Assembly: GCA_000002445.1 (NCBI GenBank)
Contig: CP000070.1
Location: forward strand, 704,001 to 768,000
DNA from: Trypanosoma brucei
Lineage: Eukaryota
Length of the DNA stretch: 64,000 nt
Direction of reading: 5' to 3'
Shown here: positions 52,301 to 61,162 of the stretch, in pieces
Numbering within the stretch: the first letter of the stretch is position 1
Layout: each line of letters starts with the position of its first letter
Notes under the pieces: model-generated
Seen by the model: only the letters and a program-made list of their open reading frames with translations
Told to the model about the DNA's origin: nothing
Databases searched by the model: none
Translations under genes and position numbers: made by a program

Positions 52301-53423
52301 CTTTGCAGAGGGTGAGGAAAAGCAGCAACGACTTCTTCGGAAGTTAGAGACTGCGGAAATTTCCCTGGAGGAGGCGATAGCGGTCAGAAATTCCGTTCAG
52401 GCGACACTCAGTACCACTGTGGAGCAATGCGAGGAACTTAAACGACAGGTAGAGGACTTGAAGGAGGAGCTTCAGGCGCAGCAGCAGCGCAACGAGATGC
52501 TTATCACCAGAATTGCGGAGGTACAGGCAGTGCGTGACGTGTTCGGTGAACCGTCGCTGAGTGTTGACGATCCTGTTAGTGGTCTCACCTTAGATGGTAG
52601 AGGTGAGGAATACCAACGTTTTAGCCGAGGTAGTGGTGAAAGGAGTTTAGAAGATCTATCGAGTGAGATGACACTGTACAAAGAGAGGGTAGATATGTTA
52701 AGTGCCCAACTAGAAAGTGAACGCAATCGCAGTCACGATCTTCAAGTCGAGATGGAGCGTGAGTTGGAAATACGGCAGCAGGAGGTACAGCGTGTGAAGA
52801 GTAGTTGTAAGGCCTCATTGTTTGAGAGCACGCAAATTGTGCGAGAGTACGAGGCGCGGTTACAGGAATTGCAGGATGTGATTGAGACGTTGCGTACTGC
52901 CTTAGCGGAGGAGAGCAACAACGTGGACATCGCGCAGGAGGAAGTGCGGCAGGCCAAAGTAAGACACTGCACTTTGACGACTGAGCTGCATCGCGTTGTT
53001 GAAGTTAAAGAGTCGCTTGAGCGTAGGCTGGAAGACACGGAGCTTCAGTTTTCTACCATACAGCAGGAGCAACAAAAGTTAAAAAGAGAATTCTGTGAGG
53101 TGGAGCGGCGGTTGCTTGATTTAAGTCAGATGCACGAAGCGGATGTCTACCTCAACGTCAGATGTGGAGGCGAAGACAGCGAGTGGCTCGAAAAGGCAGC
53201 GCGTGAAAAGGAAGCCATTGAGCAGCAGAAGCGTTTAGTTCAAAAGCTTAACAAGGAGCTTCTGGAAGCAATAACGGAACAGAAAGCCTCTCTCCTTGAT
53301 ATGGATCGCCAGATTGCCCTTATGCAGCGAGGGGCGACCTCTCATAATGGTGAGGCGAACCTAACACAAGAGTCTAATGGCGGGGTAAGCCAATTCCAGG
53401 GTTGTATCGACGGGGAGGGATGA
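49377..53423 (+). CDS. kinesin motor protein (N-terminal motor, long C-terminal coiled coil)
   Basis: VAVRVRPFNSRE, P-loop AYGQTGSGKTYSM, switch I NEHSSRSHA, switch II SLVDLAGSER. The C-terminal ~800 aa are heptad-rich. Two Ser/Pro-rich insertions sit within the motor domain. Confidence 0.85.
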   Translation: MQYSTGMTSQTSAVLVAVRVRPFNSREAPHECTVTVTDPRTITLTDVGQVNRFSTSVSGSMQRHVFTFDKIFWSVPGCVLPLPTTPSGHSQQMPSASSIRLSVADSSSTHSPSPTESPTVRRSSNSSDASVPCAAPTAEVSVSAITCVRPSFHRLPCFAQTPSCDNQTSVYSFIGPLMYDSVMTGYNSCLFAYGQTGSGKTYSMIGPHDSFSEKGDQRGIIQRLCEDLFDMMRREREEDEGISYNVECSFLEIYCERVRDLLTHTTFHSTNDDYSAPNVTTMGPPSNLRSKTSPSQSLVLTPRQGSSNPSPQLRIRQHPTHGPYVEGLSHVKVRDVEGVMHQLTCGMRERATAETRMNEHSSRSHALLQLNITRVSAVREEEAVVTRTRVCKVSLVDLAGSERISQSGATGDRFEEARNINLSLTTLTRVIMQLTDKQAGKNVVPSYRDSALTWLLSDSLGGNSKTIMLATVAPSAYCYQQTLNTLRFAGVAKTVINVATVNEDQRFQKLITSLREQIVKLTMQVEEGRILDPQNSEIRKLRRDKGELETQLEAMRIKVSKMVPATDLEILRRRVAETEEENTRLHAEKCNLQRQLMTTTTNLREELIRRRSEIVKLQEMLSKKDVEVQEWKRRHHSEVLRGGKATPQSTVQLSRGRAASGGRAASPSGAFKSNNSSKCGMLKTDVASISSDSIVEGDADSGCAAVGELQFRNQQLERRVEKLTESVKEEQKRREDVEKVNHNLRFELRELQKLRDATRGQLEEAQRRLTEKSHALEAAESDLASTRTLLSTERNGSCASEREALLTTQLEDLRVEYLGEKQSNVGLLMRVSHMEQQLFLSQQEAEIKSRDVGELEQMLLEETETSERYYIFQLYYSGKANICHAFHQKILLVKSLEPTNSVGVVTGVTRRSSFSDGPSVCVRALRDCECNEGCRRLLLVEEWFNTVLDLAAQRHAMWRWSASALSDEILSLRINFAEGEEKQQRLLRKLETAEISLEEAIAVRNSVQATLSTTVEQCEELKRQVEDLKEELQAQQQRNEMLITRIAEVQAVRDVFGEPSLSVDDPVSGLTLDGRGEEYQRFSRGSGERSLEDLSSEMTLYKERVDMLSAQLESERNRSHDLQVEMERELEIRQQEVQRVKSSCKASLFESTQIVREYEARLQELQDVIETLRTALAEESNNVDIAQEEVRQAKVRHCTLTTELHRVVEVKESLERRLEDTELQFSTIQQEQQKLKREFCEVERRLLDLSQMHEADVYLNVRCGGEDSEWLEKAAREKEAIEQQKRLVQKLNKELLEAITEQKASLLDMDRQIALMQRGATSHNGEANLTQESNGGVSQFQGCIDGEG

Positions 53424-54694
53424 TGCCGGTCTGTCGCTATGGTGCAAAATGCCTTTCCGCAACTTTTCTGAGGTGCCGTATTTGTCAGCAGATTTATGTC
53501 CTCACTCCTCGCTTTTCTTTTATTTCCCACGCTGCGTGTTTTGTCCTCTTTTCACTCTTTCTCTTTTTTTTTTTTGCAGCTACGTGGGCCTAGGTCGTGA
53601 AAGTGACAAAGAGTTCCTCAGTAATTTCCGATTCGTTACATTTTCCCACTTCTTTCCTTATGTTCCAGTCGGTACACATCTTTTTTACCCTTTGGTTTGT
53701 TTACCGTGCTCGTTCAGCCTGTGTGTGCGTATTTGCATTTGGTGAGCTGGGGAGGCGGGGGCCTGGCGGTAATTTTTTCATGTAATAAAAAATGATGGAA
53801 TACATAGTTCTGAGAGAAGTACAGGGTCGACAACGGGGGAGAACGAGACTTCTATGCATAAAGTTTCTTTTTTCAGGGGAGTCGATTTACATTGGAGCGA
53901 AGTTGTGGTGGAGAGAAAAAGGGATATGGTTAGAGTAACGATGTAAACACAAAGAAAGCACGCTTCTGCACGGCACGAAGAGTGGGTTGAAGGGTCCCAT
54001 ATCGTCGGTGGGTGGATTTCGAGGGTTATACGAGTCGATGAACGCGGTTGTCCGATAGTTTGTCCACTACACTATCAAGATATTACAGCGGAAGGAAAGA
54101 GAGAAGTTGGAGAAAAGCGTAGTAAATTAAAGTGTAACGGAGTCAGTGATCGGGTTGTACCATTACTATCATTATTTTGCTACCGCTATTACACAAGTGT
54201 CCCAGTGGTTTTCGTTTGCTATTTGATTCTTTTAGCTGTTCATCCCCCCTTGACCTTCTTCACTCCCCTTCCCAAGGGGTCGCGGAAGGTCAGGTGTGGG
54301 AAGTTATCAAAACTTTCTTTGTTTGGTGTGAACCATGGGAGTAAAGGAGTGGTGGCGGAGCGGGGAAACAGGGAACAAGCTGTTCTCGTGTATTCCTGTT
54401 TTCTTGTCCTCTTATGGTAACGTGTGTTATTTTCGTTCTGTGAAGGCATGCGGGTGAGCACAAGAATGCCCAAATACAAAGAGATGTGCACATGTACACA
54501 CTCTATGCAACACTTTATTTGTGATTGCGGCCACTTCATCCAAAACCAACTGCCCCAATCGCTACACTAAAACTACCGTGTTGTGCGGGTGTATCTCACT
54601 TCTGTCAGGTCATCCTTTTCTTCCTCTGCATTCTCTCCACCTGTGGTGAGCAGTATTTCGGTGGTTGGTTATACATAAACACATATATTAGAAG

Positions 54695-56965
54695 GTGATA
54701 ACGCAGCACCGAAGGGAGTATGAAATGAAGTTCCACCTTCAAAGCGTGCTCTTAATGGCACTGGACGTGGTTAAAGGGCCTTACCTCAGTTGCTTTGCAC
54801 CAGTTAACCCAGTTGAACAAGGAGGGGACGACCAACCTCGTGATGTACAAGGTGACGTAAACAAGGATAGCAGCAGGAACAAAGACATGTTGCACCTTCC
54901 AACGAATGCTGGCCGTTTTAAAGCATTTAGCGATGTCTTTGTGCCGAAATCTGAGTTCTGCCGTCGCGTAATGTGCCTGGTGGAAGCTGAGTCCGGAATC
55001 CTGTACTTGTTTTATCCAGAAGAGATATCTGGTGTCCACTATGAACGAAAAACATTGCGGTACACACTGTGCTTCGCCTTTGCCGTTGACACCAATCTTG
55101 TCACGGCTACTGCAGCGACGGTAGAGCGGCTTCTCCGACCGTATAGCTTTGTCTTGACGAGAATCGTAGAGGGGCTTCGCGAAGCGGAGCAGCGCTCCGG
55201 TTACATGTCTCGCGGCCTTTCCCACAGGCTTTCTACGCATTGTCCCAGCCGTGGAGATTGCCAACAGCAGCAGTCGAAAAATGACCTGATCGGCCAGCCC
55301 TCTCGCAGTGATTTTCACGAATATGGTGGTGGGGTAAGTGCTGAAATACACAGCGTGGTAGGTACAACGTCTTTTGCTTCCCCACCAACCGGGGACGAAG
55401 CGCTCTTTAGGTATGCCAAGGGAACGTCACGGGTCAACGTTTTCTTAACACCACCTCAGGATTCCTCCGGGATGCAGTGGACATCTCTCGAGGCGCTAAT
55501 GGGGGAACTCTTCACGTTTTTAGGAACTGACCCAAAGGAGGGTGAAACTAAGTGCCCGCGACCATGGGCGACAGAAAATACCGTTTCCTTAAGGTTGTGC
55601 GAAACGTTCTTCATTCCCGTGGGTCACAGGGCGCCACCCCATCTACCCCAGCAGCACGCCCTCGATGAAGTGCCCGTTCCCGTAGCCGCGTATGAGCCGG
55701 AGGTATTTGAACACGTGGATTTAGTTATGCACGACGTTTTTAGGATTGTTGATGGGAGGCGTACAATTCGCCAAATTGTACAGGTACTCGCTGCGGAGTG
55801 CGAACGGTACGAAGACAGTGATGAGCTACTCCAAAGGCAAGGACGTATATTTTCTCCCGCAAGCAGCCAGTGTGCTATACATTCGGTATTCGCGCATTCG
55901 CTGCATCCTGTGAACTTTCCCGGAAGCAGGAGCGCCCCGGAGGTTGGCGGTCTCGCATCATCAACTGCGTCAACAAATGCACATCCCAGGGATGCCTTGA
56001 ATACGCAGCGGGCAACCCCTGGGTTGCTCTCCCCGCCGTCAGCAGCAGATATATGTCTTACGTCCCCGTTCCCAAACACAGTATGCTCTGGTACGTGCTT
56101 CAGCGCTCCCACGGTATGCACGTGGTCGAGAACCCTACAGACGTCCCGGTACCTCCCCGAGCGGCAGAATGCTGAAGAAGCAGCAAACAACTCCATCAGC
56201 GACAAGCTCAGCGTTTGGTGTGAGTTGGAGTTACTGGTTGTTGAGGCTCTCCAGCACTTGGAGGTGCACAACTACGTGAAGATCATTCGACCCATTAAAA
56301 TGAAGTACACCTACTTCGCAACGAACGCACTATACTCAATAATGTCCGACAGAAGCAGTCCTGCACGGCAGCTACTAGGAAAACGTATGCTTCTTGTGGA
56401 ATACATGTTTCACAAAGAGAAGGGACAACGCACCAGCTTACAGGGCTCCTCAGGCAATCAGAAGCGACTGCAAGAACTTGCTCCAGAGTACAGAAAAAAT
56501 TTGGAGGGTCTCAACTCTGCAACCCGTCTTACCCCGCCACTGGCTCCACTTAGCGCACATGATAAGGGAGTTGCGGTGGATGATGAAATATCCAGGGAAC
56601 AGCAGTATCATATAAAGCGGGAGCGTTCCAGCGACACTGCTTTGCCGTGTTCCACCTCACTGAGACACAGTTCTACAGAGTGTCTTCAGGATGGGGATTC
56701 ATCACACGATGACGTGGATGTGACTCCAGCCGCGGAAACAAATCCAGATAGACATGAGGCGACCTACACTGAGGTTCTCATTAACATGGCAGCTGCCGCG
56801 GCTCTCTGTGCGCTCGGTAAATTCAGTGGCTCCACAATTTTCAGTGTACAGAGGGATATGCAAGGACACCCTCAGTGGTCGAATGCCTTTGCTAACTGGG
56901 AAGAAAGCTGCTGCAAATCATTGGTCGAAATAGCCATAATTAACGGTTGGCTGGTTGCTCAATGA
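54695..56965 (+). CDS. hypothetical protein with NPR2/NPRL2-like (GATOR1 subunit) N-terminal region
   Basis: By-eye alignment to the NPRL2 family gives FSDVFV...YERKTLRYTLCFAFAVD against F-DTVQV...YSRNALLFNLGFVCD, VPVAAYEPEVF...IVDGRRTIRQI against VPVFTKDKEDF...YIDGFRHIQKI, and LELLVVEALQHLEVHNYVKII against [22 protein letters not shown]. The protein is 756 aa with long Ser/Pro-rich insertions. Confidence 0.4.
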   Translation: MITQHRREYEMKFHLQSVLLMALDVVKGPYLSCFAPVNPVEQGGDDQPRDVQGDVNKDSSRNKDMLHLPTNAGRFKAFSDVFVPKSEFCRRVMCLVEAESGILYLFYPEEISGVHYERKTLRYTLCFAFAVDTNLVTATAATVERLLRPYSFVLTRIVEGLREAEQRSGYMSRGLSHRLSTHCPSRGDCQQQQSKNDLIGQPSRSDFHEYGGGVSAEIHSVVGTTSFASPPTGDEALFRYAKGTSRVNVFLTPPQDSSGMQWTSLEALMGELFTFLGTDPKEGETKCPRPWATENTVSLRLCETFFIPVGHRAPPHLPQQHALDEVPVPVAAYEPEVFEHVDLVMHDVFRIVDGRRTIRQIVQVLAAECERYEDSDELLQRQGRIFSPASSQCAIHSVFAHSLHPVNFPGSRSAPEVGGLASSTASTNAHPRDALNTQRATPGLLSPPSAADICLTSPFPNTVCSGTCFSAPTVCTWSRTLQTSRYLPERQNAEEAANNSISDKLSVWCELELLVVEALQHLEVHNYVKIIRPIKMKYTYFATNALYSIMSDRSSPARQLLGKRMLLVEYMFHKEKGQRTSLQGSSGNQKRLQELAPEYRKNLEGLNSATRLTPPLAPLSAHDKGVAVDDEISREQQYHIKRERSSDTALPCSTSLRHSSTECLQDGDSSHDDVDVTPAAETNPDRHEATYTEVLINMAAAAALCALGKFSGSTIFSVQRDMQGHPQWSNAFANWEESCCKSLVEIAIINGWLVAQ

Positions 56966-57226
56966 ACTGTACCATAAGTTGTTCAGACGATTGGTTACAG
57001 CAAAGGTACGGTACACTATACATTCCTGCACATCAAGGGTCACATCACGAAGGAGAGCATGTGTATGCATACCGGTTCACTGCCGCTTTGTCAAATACGT
57101 ACTGTGTTTTTGTACTAGCACCCAAACTCTTCCCTTCCCTTTATCCTTCTCTCTGCCCCAGTGTCATTTTAAGCAACAAAGACTAACCAAACAGGAATAT
57201 TAATATATCTTACAAACGTTTTCACC

Positions 57227-57799
57227 ATGCGCCGGTCTGTATATCAGCTAAGCAAGGAACTCCCAATCTCTGAGGACGAGGTTGCGTGTCTGGTGAAGAA
57301 GGTGATGCGTGAATGCCCATCAGCCTTCAATTCCCAATCCTCACGTGCTGTGATCCTCTTTGGAGAGCAACACACAAAGCTATGGAACCTAACGAAGGAT
57401 AAGCTAAAGGCGACAGTGAAACCCGATTCCTACAATGAGGCCGCCAAGAAGATTGATGGGTGCTTCGCCCCCGCTGCCGGTACCATATTGTTTTTGGAGG
57501 ATAAAAGTGTTGTTGAAGGACTTGTCAAGTCGTACCCCGCATACGCAGAAGGTTTCCCAGTGTGGTCAACTGAATCATCAGGTATGGCTCAATTCGCCGT
57601 GTGGACAGCACTTGCAGAAAAAGGTATCGGTGCGTCTCTGCAGCACTACACATCACTGATCGGTGAGGCGGTGACGGCGGAGTGGAAGCTTCCGGCAACA
57701 TGGGAGATGCATGCACAAATGCCATTTGGAAAGCCACTGGAGAAGTGTGGCGAGAAGACGTACATGCCGGATGAAGAACGCTTTAAGGTGTTTAAATAA
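57227..57799 (+). CDS. nitroreductase-like protein (Frm2/Hbn1-type), copy B
   Basis: 190 aa, identical to copy A except ILFFEDK>ILFLEDK. Confidence 0.6.
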   Translation: MRRSVYQLSKELPISEDEVACLVKKVMRECPSAFNSQSSRAVILFGEQHTKLWNLTKDKLKATVKPDSYNEAAKKIDGCFAPAAGTILFLEDKSVVEGLVKSYPAYAEGFPVWSTESSGMAQFAVWTALAEKGIGASLQHYTSLIGEAVTAEWKLPATWEMHAQMPFGKPLEKCGEKTYMPDEERFKVFK

Positions 57800-59448
57800 A
57801 GTTCGTTGATATTTTTACCGTACTTGATCACACACATGTATTCCTCCATGGACTGATCTTATTTACACTCTTGGTGTTATTCACCCTCCTTTAAGCACCA
57901 ATTTCTTTGCAATACATGCATATACATGTTGGTTTTGGGGCACCTTTATATTGTTATCCAACTGCTTTTTTTGTTCGCCACGCTTTTCCACTTCTTACCT
58001 TTTACACACTAGGTTAATTTGGGCACCACGTGAGGTTAATATGAACAAATGTATGTTTCTCATGTTTTCCCTTCGTTTAGCGAGGCAAATGTATTGAAGA
58101 AAGTGTCGTGGTTGGGGTAAGTGGTGTTACACGCACGACGTGTTCGTTACCCACCCTTTCCACCCTCTTCTCATGCTTCTGCACTTCTTTACTTTTTTGT
58201 TCATTCGTTTATATACATATATATTTACGTGTTCTGGCTTCTACGATTTTTAAAAAACACGTATCGCTATAATTATAAGCGTGTACGCACTTATTTTTTT
58301 GTTATCGCTCTATATACATGTGGTGCATAATACAAGGTGTCTCATTATCACTAGAGGTTTCTTAGGTACCGTACCCCGGTCATGTAGCATGATGTAGAGG
58401 GATGAGAGTCGATATGAATATAATAAATGATGCTTGTAAGGATGATTTGACCAACTACCGCTTTCGTACACGTGTGTATTTTTGCATGCTTGTGTTTTAT
58501 CTGCTTTGTTTATTGTAACCCATTTAAATCATATTTTTTTGTTCACTTCTGTTGTCTTTTTGTCACTGTTGAATTGTTCCCATTGAGTTAGCTGAATTTC
58601 ATTGGTTTTTGGAGTTATCACATGATGTACGTGCTTGTAGCCGTGGCCATGTTGGCAATATTCTTCGCAGCTTTAGTGCTGTTTTTACGCGGTAAGTTAT
58701 CTGCTGGATCAGTTGCCACGAGCAACGGTGGAATTGGCAGTGATTCTGGGCTGATGCCCGGTGAGTCAGTCACTACGAGAGTTCGTCGTGCTCGGAAGGA
58801 GGAATAACGATTATCATCCAACAGTGAATATGAGCGGTTGGTGGCGCCTCAGGTGACACGGTTTGTTCGCAAGATTCGTGCCGCCGCGTTATTTGTTTCC
58901 GATTGAGCGCATATGCCGCAGTTAGGTAAATGTTCGGTTGGTGTTGCTGTGGATCTACTGATGTGATCTGTTGTTGTTGTGTTGTTTTTGAAGAACATTT
59001 TTTTAAATACCTTATATTTGTTTTTAATTCTCTCTTCCTTTTTTGTTACACTAATGTGGCCGTAAAGCATCCTTAATTAATATTTTGGTTGCCATTGTTA
59101 GGTGTCTCCGCAGTTATGTTTACTGTTGGTAATGAAACTATTCTTCTTATTATTATTATTATTCTTTTTCTATCCCTTGGCCTTCACCATTATCTTTTTT
59201 TTCTTACTTTTGTGACTTCTATGTTTTCAATGGCTACTCAACCTCCCTCCGCAGCAGTGCTGTGATCTTATCATTTCTCCTGCAAATCCCTGCCGTACAT
59301 TGTGGTGCTTTCTATATTCTGTCGGCGGAAGCACTCGTGGTAAAAGAGGGGGTAGGGAAAGAGGGAAACGTGACGAAAGAAGTGGATAGCGTTGAATAAC
59401 TTGAGAGGCACAATTGTGGAGAGGTTAGATACGAAAGAGTAGTGGAGG

Positions 59449-60387
59449 GTGGGGATCATGTCAAACCCACCTAAGCACTACAGTGTGGAGTCATTGCGGA
59501 CGGTTGGGCTTCTGCCTGCGCAACTGGCCTTGTCCCGTAAGCCACGTCTTCGCCCACACGTAGGTAATCTCAAGGGTCTTGTTTACCCTCTACCGTATTA
59601 CGCAATGTGGCGTGGTAATCACAACAAATACACATATAACAAAAGCACTGTGTGTCTATGGGGAGAAGGCGATACCCGTTCCATGTACCATCAACATTAT
59701 GCTCATGCAAAGTGCCCGACGGACTACGGGCGTGGTGGAAGAGAATTTGAATACCTTACAGTGAAGCGTGGTAAGATGTTACAGAAACCGCTACCGCGGG
59801 TGCAATACGTGGCGGAAGGGTCCAAGCCGGTGTGGCTCTTCAAGTCGTGGCATACGCCTCTCAGCTCACCAAGCATGTGGGAACGAGAGGTTCAGTACGC
59901 CGAGCATACACCAGAGCATATTGGTGCCAAGCGGCCGCTTGCAGTAGTCGCACCACGTACAATGCATCGCTACCTGTTTCTTATGCATATGGAAAAGGTG
60001 ACCATTACTGTATCCCCTCTGTTGTTTGGTTATGGTCACACCATACAGAAAGCTGTGTTGGATTTCTACCGCCGTGCTATAAGTGCTCGCTCTCCATTCC
60101 CAAAGGATAAAGTGTTTCTCTTTTATGCCATTGATCACATTACACCTCGTATTGAAGTGACATGGCTGGATGGGACGTCATATGTTCCACCTGTGTTGGA
60201 GGGTGCAAGTTCGCAAGACCTCATTCAGATGGTGATGGAAGAGGCTTGGTTGGCTGCAGATCGCATGGCTGCGGAAGGCCGTGTGCTCAATCCGTTAGCA
60301 ATTGACGATTATAAGTGGGATCAGTTGGTTGTGTTTAAAAAGGTACGGGATAAGGAAGCGAGCAAGGGTGGTGGCAGAAAGAAGTAA
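59449..60387 (+). CDS. hypothetical protein (312 aa), copy B
   Basis: Protein identical to copy A. Confidence 0.5.
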   Translation: MGIMSNPPKHYSVESLRTVGLLPAQLALSRKPRLRPHVGNLKGLVYPLPYYAMWRGNHNKYTYNKSTVCLWGEGDTRSMYHQHYAHAKCPTDYGRGGREFEYLTVKRGKMLQKPLPRVQYVAEGSKPVWLFKSWHTPLSSPSMWEREVQYAEHTPEHIGAKRPLAVVAPRTMHRYLFLMHMEKVTITVSPLLFGYGHTIQKAVLDFYRRAISARSPFPKDKVFLFYAIDHITPRIEVTWLDGTSYVPPVLEGASSQDLIQMVMEEAWLAADRMAAEGRVLNPLAIDDYKWDQLVVFKKVRDKEASKGGGRKK

Positions 60388-61162
60388 GGGATAGGAATTT
60401 GTTTGGGTTAGGGGTGGTGGCACCGTGGCCGATTTTTATTTTCCAGTTGTGGTTGTTGTTTTATGGTACCTCACTTACCCCTTTCCTTTAATTCACAGCT
60501 CTTACCGTAGTGTAACTCCTTGTTTTTGCACTTTACGCCAGGTGTGGATGTTGAGTGTTACATTGGGTTGGTCATTGCCATGCTGATATATATGTGTGCT
60601 TTCATTGAAAGTTCATACGGATACTAATATCTTTTCTTTTCATTTACGTTATCACGATATGACGGTGGTGTTTGTGCCGTTATTGTATTTTGCATCGTGT
60701 ATGATCCCTTTTCATTTCTCTCTTTCCTCTTTTTCCTCTATTTCACAACACTACTTTAACCTACCGACTGACCGAAGTTTAGTGAAGAGGATTGAAACAC
60801 GACAGGATTAAGCAAAAGGAAAGAAACAGGAAACAGTGTAAGGTGGAAAGGTAGAGTTGTAGGAGGGACCAAGAAAACGTGTTTGGGCGAAAGGGAAGTT
60901 GGGGATTTCAGGAGGTGAACTCAGGAGCAACATATATATATATCTTTGTTTTTGTGTGCGAGGGTGTTGATCGTTTGGGGAAGCGGGAAGGAGCTGCTAA
61001 GAGTTACTTCTTCGTTTCTTGAGGCAGAATCCTACTCTAGGGTTTGCTATCTTATCTGAGGGGAGGAGGCGACTTCCCGGATAGTGAAGGAGGAAAGAAA
61101 ATTATTGGTTGAAGTTAAGGAGAGTGATTGCATACACAGGGTCAAGTAGGAAACTGTCCTAG

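Larger units (their letters stand above)
57034..60909 (+). repeat. segmental duplication copy B
   Basis: See copy A. It differs by a few SNPs (F>L in the nitroreductase-like gene, FSRIKV/FWRIKV in an overlapping frame) and small indels in TA/ATT microsatellites. Confidence 0.9.
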
